Source of the DNA: Podarcis pityusensis
Taxonomy: Eukaryota
Assembly (NCBI GenBank): GCA_964106645.2
Contig: OZ067043.1
Reading direction: 5' to 3' (one strand)
DNA length: 64,000 bases
Part shown: positions 54,790 through 64,000 of the stretch, piece after piece
Position numbering within the stretch: position 1 is the first letter of the stretch
Layout: each line of letters starts with the position of its first letter
Notes under the pieces: model-generated
Told to the model about the DNA's origin: nothing
Database searches by the model: none
What the model saw: the letters and a program-made list of their open reading frames with translations, nothing else
Program-made: the position numbers and the translations under genes

Positions 54790-57700
54790 CACCCAGAAAC
54801 AGAAACCAAAGGCTTCTCCATACCTTCCTAGGTAAATACGAAGTATAGTTTGGATTTTCCTTTGCAGGGGTATATTTCTCTCCACATTGTGCTGTCGCAA
54901 TAGAAATTGGCAATGAGACAATTGCTCTACTTGACTTTAATAGCCAGATATACAGTATATCAATATACAGTGGATCAATTGCTCTCTACTTTTCTTGTAA
55001 CCCAGCTTTATTGCTTAATCTAGCAAGGTTCTGATTTGGTGGGGAACTGCCATTTTGCCGTTCAAGAAGGGGAAAGGTGCTGCTTGCTGTTGAAGGACAG
55101 GGGCAACAGCTGAAGAGCAGTGGGTTAATAAGCCTCTGATTATTTCAGGAAATTTGAAGCAGTGCTCGAGTGGCCACAATCCCAGCAGAATGAAAGAAGA
55201 CAATTAGGGTTCATCCTTGATAGAGTAAAAGGCGCCCCACCGGGAGATGGGGCTGTCCGGCTAACTGGTTACCATCAGAAAACTGGTCAGGTATGGAACA
55301 TGTGTGGCTCTGTCAATAGCCCCAATGTCATAGTTGGTGTTCAGCTAGCACCCTGGTTCAGCATTCTAGCAGAACCATCCTGGAGTTCTTTATTATTTTA
55401 GGAAGAAACACCAAGAAAGCTTAAAAAGGAAGTTGGACCATGTGTTACATTTTTCTCAAACTTGATTTCAGGTGATTGCCACCAAGGACTCGGGACTGAA
55501 TTACTGCACCGATTCCATGAGATCCAATATTAAACATGGCTACTTCGTGTTTGGAGAACAGGAGGTATAGAATGGTGCTTTGGCAGGAGACTGTTAGGCT
55601 TGGAGATGGACTTAGGTTTACATCCCAGTCCAGCTGGGAAGTTCACAGAGTGTCCTCAGACAGGTTATTATCCTTGCACTGATTGGATGGTTACGTAGCA
55701 CTACCATTGCTGCAAGCGCTAGAATACTGTACAGTGGTATCTTGGGTTACAGACGCTTCAGGTTACAGACTCCGCTAACCCAGAAATAGCACCTCGGGTT
55801 AAGAACTTTGCTTCAGGATGAGAACAGAAATCGTGTGGCAGCGGTGCAGCGGGAGGACCCATTAGCTAAAGTGGTGCTTCAGGTTAAGAACAGTTTCAGG
55901 TTAAGAACGGACCTCCAGAATGAATTAAATTCTTAACCCGAGGTACCACTGTATTTGTTTCTCAGAGGCCAAGTTTGCTCAGACCTCACCACAACTCAGT
56001 CACCTGTTACCAGAAATGGTAGACCAGTTCTCTGATGCTAGATAAGTATTTACATTGGTTTAGAGTATTTACTTTCCCCAGTCCTGGGGATAATTCTTGT
56101 GGATGCCCATGCTTAACGATAAGAAGCACTCATGTTGCTTGTTTGCAAAATATGGGCTTTGGGTTTTCTTGCCAATGGTGTAAAAGCAGTTCTGAGCTCA
56201 GAGAAAAACATGCTCATTCCTAATCCATGAAAACAGTTAGGCGGTTTTTGAGTATGGTGTATGGCAGAGGGAATTGAAGGGTAGAAGGTGCTGGAAATTA
56301 TAGCACTACTCTTGGCTCACCTGAACTGCTTCTTTTTGTTTCCTTCAGGAAACCTTCTGGGATGTTGAGCCACAGCAGGACATGATCCTTATTGCTCGCT
56401 TTTACCACTGGCCCAGTGGGAGGATGGCATCCACCCCCTGGGACAAAGGATTCAAGCCTCAACACCAGCCACTACTAGGGAGTGATGAATGGCTGGCTGC
56501 CTGGGCTGTGCTCAGACTGACCAAGATGTATGAATCCCATAAAGTGATGGTTACAGGTATGCTGCAGGCATTTCTGGTTGCCTGGTGCTATGATTCCCCA
56601 CAGGAATTAAGGTTTTCCTATTACTAGTCTAGGAATTAAGTTTTCTGCATTCTGCTTTCACAGGTGCAATGAAGAAAGGGGAACATGGGATGCCTGTCTG
56701 GAACACAGGGACTCATACACTGACTCTGTATCATGGCCCTGTGCCACCTGTTGTAGCTCTGTCAGTGATGGTAAGTCCACTCCTGTAAAGCAAACCAAGG
56801 TTAACCAGGTAGGTAAAGTACGCCAATATTAATACCAGCAAAAGGCTGAAGAGATGTTAAACATCTAATGACTCGTTCAGTCTTGCTGCTTTTATTGATG
56901 CAACACTCCTTACTGGCTTACTCTAGTAAAGACTTACAACTGTAATCTTCATAGAGCAATATTTTATATGGAAGCAACAGTATGTAATACTTAAGAGGAC
57001 TGAATCATTGGTTAAGCCTCCATTCTGTTGTGTGTTGATTCCTTGGACCATATCTAGTACTGCAGCTCCACTGGAATAAAACACTGCTATGCATGCAATA
57101 GAAGCACATGGGGGCAGAAGAAATGGAATTTCTGTTGTGCCAGTGAAGCTATGTGCACAGAGCACTGGATAAAGCCCCATGTTTTAAGCTGTGCCTTATT
57201 ATGCTTTCCTCTTGTTTCATTCCCATCTGCACATAATGCTTTGCTCCTAGTCAATGGAAGAGAATCATCAGGACTTCAAGATATATGGTGATGCTACTTT
57301 AAGACTGCACGTCTTCAGCACCCAGAAACCTGAGCAGCCTTTCCCACCAGAGTCACCACCTCCACTTGACCCAGCAAAAACCTGGCCTCATGTGAGTGCT
57401 GGGCAAGGACGGTTTTACAGTCCCTACAGGGCTTGGGATAATTGGGACAGACCTTCCACCTCCACTCAGTACACAATCTGGCTGCATACGTATTATACCT
57501 TTAAAGTGTATCTGAAGAACCTCCTTTCCTTCAAAGAATTCTGGGCACTGCAATTTACAGTTCTTTTATCTGTCCTGAATCTTCCAAAATTCAGCTTCAT
57601 TGGGTCTTCAGGAGTTCTGGTGTTATGAGAGAGGAAGAACAACTTTTCTCTATATACTCTGTGCCATGCTTAATGTTATAAACATATGTCACATCTCATG

Positions 57701-60700
57701 CACATTTTCTTTAAACTAAAAAGTCCCAAATCTGCAAGCTTCCTTCACAGGGGAGTTGCTCCATTTTCTTGATAATTTTGGTTGCCCCTTTGTGAACCTT
57801 TTCCAACACGACAATATCCTTTTTGAGGTGAGGTGACCAGAACGGTACACAGAACGCCAAATGCAGTCACACCATAGATTTGTATAAAAGCATTATGGTA
57901 TCGACAGTTTTATTCTCAGTTCTTTTCCTAGTGATCCCTAGCATGGATTTTGCCTTTCTCACAGTTCCTGTACACTGGATCAACATCTTAATTGAGCTAA
58001 CTACTATGGCCCCCAGGTCTTGTTCCTGGTCAATCACTGCTACTTCAGACCCCATTGAGAGTATATGCGGCATTAAGATTTTTGCACCAGCATCCATTTC
58101 TCTACATTTGTTTACAACAAATTGCATTTATGTTTGCTCATGATAATAAACTGTTCGGGATTGTTAAAACAAAAGGACCTTTAAACTGAGTGAAAGTGCA
58201 GTAAAATGACCATTTAGTATCATCACAACTTTTCCCCCCACAGGAAGCTTTTATTCATCATTTCAGGGAGACCCCTCCTGTAGAGCCTTTCAGAGCTGGA
58301 GATGGCTTTGATCTATACATTGATGGAGCCCGCTTCCTGCCTGATGGTGTCACTGTTACCAGGGTCACTGCTCGCATCTTCACCAGTGGTTTCATGCAGT
58401 AAGGAGGAACAGTTCTCTGGGTTTTTCTTCCCTAAAATGCCATCTTTCCTCTGCTTCTCCCAGGCTGCATACGTGCTATGGTTGGAATTCAATGGGGCAC
58501 TCTCACAATTGTTCTGTCTGTGCAAGCCTTCCAGACAGAATGACCCTCAGTCTCCTACCCCTGATTTTAATGTTTCTATGGTTATGCCCTGAAGCACGCA
58601 AAGGGTTTTGCTTCAGTTCAAGGTGCCACGACAACAGAGGAGCTTAACAATGCCCTCTTATGGAAAACATCTAGCTGAAGGTTGTTTCTGCTTCTTCCTT
58701 TCAGAATTGGGCCAGACATTTGCACTGGGATTGACCTGAATAGCAGCATATTTGATCCACTTTACAACTACTCAGTTGAAATCAGAGAGCCAGTGATAGC
58801 GCCTTGTGCAACTCTTCTATTAAAGGTTTGTGTTGGTATGGGTAAAGGGCGAGCAAAGAATGCTGCCAATGAATGAAGCATGTCCTGTTGGGGGTCAAGA
58901 GTTAGGAAGTTAAGGATCTTTCCTTTCCTGGAATGGAGCTGGAACAACTCCCCTGTGTGGAAAAGTTACATCATTTGGGGCTTTTTAGTTTAGAAAAAAG
59001 AGTAAGGAGGCAAATGACGGAGCTGTATAAAAATTATGCATGCTGAGGATAAACTGGATAGAGAGACATTTTTCTCCTCCTCTCATCATATTAGAACTGG
59101 GTGCTATTAATGGCTCCAGTGGCAGAGGCATTATACCTCCGAATACCAGTTGCTGGGGAACACAAGAGGGAAGAGTATTGTTGGGGTTAGGTCCTGCTAT
59201 TTATTTACTGTTTAATGCCAAAATAGGCTTCTAAGCAACCTACAAAATATAAGAGTTGCACAAACATTAAAATATAAACACCCATAATTAAAATGCAACA
59301 AAACAGGTGTATACTAAAACAAAGTAGTAGTTAAAACTGGAGGCTCAGGTCAATAGATTAAGAGAATGCCCGTGTAAGCAGGCTGAGGCATATCTTCAAA
59401 AGACAGCAGAATGCTTGCAGGCTTCCTATAGGCATCTAGTTGGCCACTATGAGAACAGCATGCTGGACTAGGTGGGCCTTTGGTCTGATTCTGCAGGGCT
59501 ATTAATATATTCTTCATGGAGGACATTATGCCAACATCTTCCTGACCTCCAACACAAAACAGAACTATAGGTCTAGCTGCCAGGGGGGGATGAACTAATG
59601 TCTCTTGGTATTTTACAGGTTTATTCCATCAATCGCTTAACCTCTGAGCTCATCCAAATCGGTTGGGCAGCTCTCAATGTTTTTGTGCAATGTGGAACAC
59701 ACACAGCCCCTGAACCAGAGGCCAAGGGGATGCAGGTGAATTAACTGAAGGGGAGTTCAGGGGAAGCAGCCTCAGTTCTGAAAATGAAGTTAGGACATGG
59801 TTTATAATGCTGATAGGCTCCAGTAGGAAAATGCCTTCTTTCTTCATGGGTATTTCAGGAACTCTCATTCTTCTGTCAACCAAAGTGCTACAAGAATGTT
59901 TCACATTCCCACTAGATCTCACAGGATAGGTTTTTACTATTAATGCTCATGCTTTCTAGTGCCATGCCAAAAATCCCATCCCACCATAACTGCTGTGTGA
60001 CCTGGAGCCCTACCCAAAAATCTTGCTGTTTCTCTACAGTTCAGATGCAAATGGTAGGAGGGAAACACAATATATTTCCCAAGGAGGAGGAAAAAGGGTC
60101 TGTGGATAGATGTTGATTACTGTTTTCCTCAGGTCTCCCTCAATGATGGTGCTCATCAGCTCCGTATTTTTCACAACAGTCCCTGCCCAGATCAGCCCTT
60201 CTCTACCAGCTCTCTGACATCAATAGGACGGTGAGCCCCTCTCACTTACATCATTTCCAATTCCTTCCCCATCTTATCATCATACAACCTTCCTAATATC
60301 TGTCTTCTCACTTTCCCTGTAGGTATGTGCCCTGTGCAACCCTGCTAGTGAGGCTTATCAAGGCGCCTGTAAATTCCAGCCATAAAACTTTACAAAGAAG
60401 CATGGTCCCTCAGACAAACTGGGCCAAAGTGGGCCTCTTTCAGTCCAGGCCTGACTATTCTGATGGTGTCTATTATTCAGACTCGGCCAAGCCTACTGCA
60501 GGAGAAAGTTGCTTCTATGAAGCCATGACCAACAGGTAAACTGAGTTTCTGTCTCCTCAGTGGCTGTAGGATGGATGGAAGTATAAAAGGTGGAATCATA
60601 GCAATTGTGGAAAAGTCTCCCTTAAGAGGATTGCCAGCTATTACTTTTAAGAATTTTTGGTGTCACTGTAGTCACATATATAAAAGCTGAGTCATTATAG

Positions 60701-63558
60701 TGTGTTCCATGGTGGACTATGTATTTGATGAGCCTATTGTTTGGAAAAAAATGTTAATCAAAGGGCAGAAGGAACCTTACAAAACGTTAACAGTCCATCT
60801 TACATTCAAATCAGATTAACAGAAGGGTGAGCCAAGCATCTCGCCCCATGCATCAACACACTTTGGTAGGAAATGATAGAATTCCGTAACTGTGGGCTAC
60901 AGCAAAAACAGCTTTTTGTTTCACACAGGTCTGTTGTTTCAGTGCGGGAAATAGTTCACCAGCTTGAAAGTCCTAAGAGTTTAAGCACAGATGAGGAGGT
61001 TGTCACCTGGATCCATCAGAAACTAACCCGGGTGCCAGGCAGCAGTCCACAGCCTTTCAGCCTCACCTATGTCTCCAGATACATTCCCACCTACGGCATC
61101 AAGGTGAATAGCTATCACACTCACAGAAATGCCGTTTAGCACAACATTTTATACATGGCTGGGATAGAATACTATAGAGATGGAAGTAAGCTGTGTTTAA
61201 CTCAGTAGTCACATCGATAGTAATGCTGGCTACTTATAACCAGTCTTGAGTAATTTCTGCACTTGAAAATAGTTATCAACCTTTAACCTGGTCTCTGTTG
61301 CTGTGCCTTTAGCTACATGTTGATTAACAGGCATTTATCAACTTCTGAAGACAACCACTAGTATTCTTAATTTTCTAAACAAGTTGACTTTCTCAGCTGT
61401 ATTACTTCATATTGCTAAGGACAAAAATTCCCTGCTCACAGAAAACTGGCATGTCAGAGTAATTTGAAATGGTATAGTTGAGAAACAAATTTAGTATTTA
61501 ATGTTTGTGAGCAAACTAAGCTTTGGCTGTGTGTGTACAGTGCTCTTATCCAGACTGACATCTAATCTCTGTGGTATTGCAGTTTGCATTGGACAGAGGC
61601 ATGAACTTACCATGGTCTGGCTTGACAATCGCCCAATTCTGCTTCAATCCACCTGGGGCATGTTACTTTGGGGCGCAATGGCTGAAGTATGATTACCCCA
61701 TCTTTGTTGAGGAGCTTGACAATAACAGCTACCAGCAATGGCCTGTGTGGCTTGATGGCTTCAAGGTATCACATCCTTTATTTTGTTGTTCCATCACTCT
61801 GTAAGCCACCCTTCAGTCACAGGACTCTGAGAATGGCCTACAACTAAAAAAAGATGACACTGGGTGTTCCACTCAGCAAAGGATAGGCCGTTGCCTTTCA
61901 GTAAGATGGGTCCCATGCTGTAAGGAACCAATCTGTATTTCAACACTGGTTTATCTGGTATTTTTCACAAGTAATCTGTCTTATTCAGCAGAGTCTACAG
62001 CAAAGTGGCTAAATGCCTCCTGAGCCTAGTAACCAGTTAACTAAGATGCACTGTGTGGAAGGTAACTAGGTGGAGTTTTAAGCAGAATTATTAGCTCCAG
62101 AAAAGTTCAGCAAAGTAGAAACATTCTCTCTAGTGAATTAGTATTGCTATAATTAGGCTGATTCCCTACCACCTATCCCTACTAAATCTGTAGCCTATAT
62201 TTTGATACCCTACTGGGGTTCAAACATTTTTGCTAGCAGCGAGGCTCAGGGTTCTTAATTTCTGTTCCACATAAAGGAAGTGTGTGCATTCCTTTCATAA
62301 ATCCATTGCTGCCCAATTTTTTACAGAAACATGTCATATCACCAGCATTTACTCACTGCCTTATACCAGGGGGCTCCGGGTATGTGAAATTTAATTCTGT
62401 GTTAAGGAGACCTGGCATGATTTTGAATGAGGCAGTCTGCCCATGGTGGAGTACAGTGTAAGCTTTCTTACTGATGACCATATTTATTTCCAAACTCATA
62501 TTTGTGAACCTGTACACAACAGGTGACTCAGCCTTTCCTTTCAGAACCTGCAACTTGTTTTTCAGACCTGTCCCCACAGAGTTTACCATGAATATACAGC
62601 CATCATCATTCACCTGTACCAAGGTGTGGTGAATCCTGCCCAATGTGCCTCGGGTGAAAAAGAATGCCAAGCAGCACAAAGAAGAGTCATGCTAAAAGGG
62701 GAACAGTTACATTACACTCAGAAAAGTGGGGCATGGACAGCTCTTCATGTGTTTTCCAGAGGTTACTGCAACACTGGCATTTACCAACTGCCCTTATACC
62801 AGGGGGCTCCCAGTCAGGTATAGTTAACCAACCAGCTAAAAGTTACGACATACATGCCAATTTTCTTGCAAAAACTATCAAATTCCAGCAGCTGGGCAGG
62901 GGCATGCACTTATTAGCGCGCACACACACACACACACATATATTCTGTACAATGTTTCCCTCCATCACCTGTATATCACCATTCTGTCAAGCTGAAAGTT
63001 ATCCACTTCCCCACTTTTGAGCTTTATGTGAATGCAGCATCAGTTAAGAACTGATGGCTCATCCCTACAGAATTCAGTACTTTCTGAAGTCCCTACTTGT
63101 GTACGCTTAATGCCTGCAAATATCTTAGCAATGACAAAGGGTACAAATGGCAACTAGTTCTCCCAGCTTTTGGAGGTGGTGATGGTGCAAAGCAATGAAC
63201 CAGTGCCTATAACTGCTAAGCATTCCCCACCCCATCTTTGGCTTAAGTGTCACCAGCTCTTGACCCACTTGTTTTTACACACTACTATAATTTAGTCCAA
63301 AGTCAGCAATCAGTTTCTAATTTCAAGATGTTGTTTGGGGTGTATACAAAATTAGTAAGCTTTACAATGTTACTTTGTATTGTTTTGGGAACACTTCTCA
63401 CTATTTCTCTCACTTAAGGAATCTCTTGCAGTAGTCTACTAAAAGAATGCTGCAAAGAAACAGTAGGTGGTTTGTTCTTTCCTTAACAGATCATCCTGGC
63501 TTCCTTATCTGAAGGGAAATGCAGCAGCATTATGAAGAGCATGCTCCAAAAGAAAGAG
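54790..63558 (+). CDS. Uncharacterised multi-C2-like coding region; in-frame C-terminal extension of CCDC17 or an adjacent split gene; continues beyond the window
   Basis: Exons 54790-54831, 55149-55290, 55472-55564, 56349-56556, 56664-56770, 57251-57391, 58244-58398, 58705-58825, 59619-59735, 60133-60230, 60323-60535, 60929-61103, 61583-61765, 62566-62817, 63490-63558. All GT-AG, phase-matched and stop-free (2116 nt, about 705 aa). Includes GFDLYIDGARFLPDGVTVTRV, IGWAALNVF and GYCNTGIYQLPLYQGAP. Confidence 0.88.
55732..55951. mobile_element. Tc1/mariner MITE (CAGTGGTACCT family)
   Basis: TA|CAGTGGTATCTTGGGTT...AACCCGAGGTACCACTG|TA; colinear with 9562-9802. Confidence 0.85.
57620..58130 (-). 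mobile_element. CR1 LINE ORF2 fragment
   Basis: Minus ORF with EQDLGAIV...QCTGTVRKAKSMLGITRKRTENKT...MLLYKSMV, typical of the CR1 RT C-terminal region. Confidence 0.8.
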
Positions 63559-64000
63559 GTATGAGACTAGTTAAGCATAGAGCAGTAGCTTCACAAAGCT
63601 TATCCAAGAAGTAAAACGGTGAAGTAAGGGGAGCACTTGCAATCCTTTTCTAGATCGTATTATACAGGGTAGTAACAAAAACTGATGCAAAAGGTAGACC
63701 ACACAAATCCCAATTTTCTCAAACACTACTGCAAGTGCATAAAGTTCCAAGGAGCATGGCTGGCAAAGATTTTTGGGAGCAAGACAGAAGGTGGTTTGCA
63801 ACATCAGCCCCACCATCATACAAATGGATTCCAAAATGTGTTTGTGCTGCAGAGATCCTCCCTGAAGACTGCCAAGTCAGATAAACCAATGTACAAGACT
63901 ATGTTTCTTTATAATGTAATCTTTAAATTGAAAATTTACCTGAACCAGTGGTTCTAAAATGTTTTTCTTTCGGCCACACTTCCAAGAATAAAAATTTGCT

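Noticed and set aside
61766-61776. Possible U12-type intron donor (GTATCACATCC)
   Set aside because: Does not match GTATCCTT; treated as an ordinary U2 donor.

Overview
Vertebrate nuclear DNA, most likely a squamate (lacertid-type lizard, judged from a Squam3-like SINE, BovB, CR1, L2, L1 and abundant MITEs). It holds the 3' half of ARMH1/C1orf228 (+, 8 coding exons, one GC-AG intron), a complete 21-exon KIF2C/MCAK gene (-, 720 aa), a U5 snRNA gene with PSE, DSE and 3' box about 1 kb upstream of KIF2C (-), and CCDC17 (+). The main observation concerns CCDC17. Past the point where the mammal-like protein ends (703 aa short form), there are 15 further canonical, stop-free, phase-matched exons (54790-63558, still open at the window edge). 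They encode three more copies of a C2-like module resembling the one in CCDC17 itself. They can be spliced in frame onto CCDC17, giving a >=1398 aa zinc-finger/coiled-coil/4xC2-like protein with the architecture of a ciliary scaffold. All exon models were built by hand from GT/AG boundaries and reading phase. Homologies are recalled from memory, not searched.
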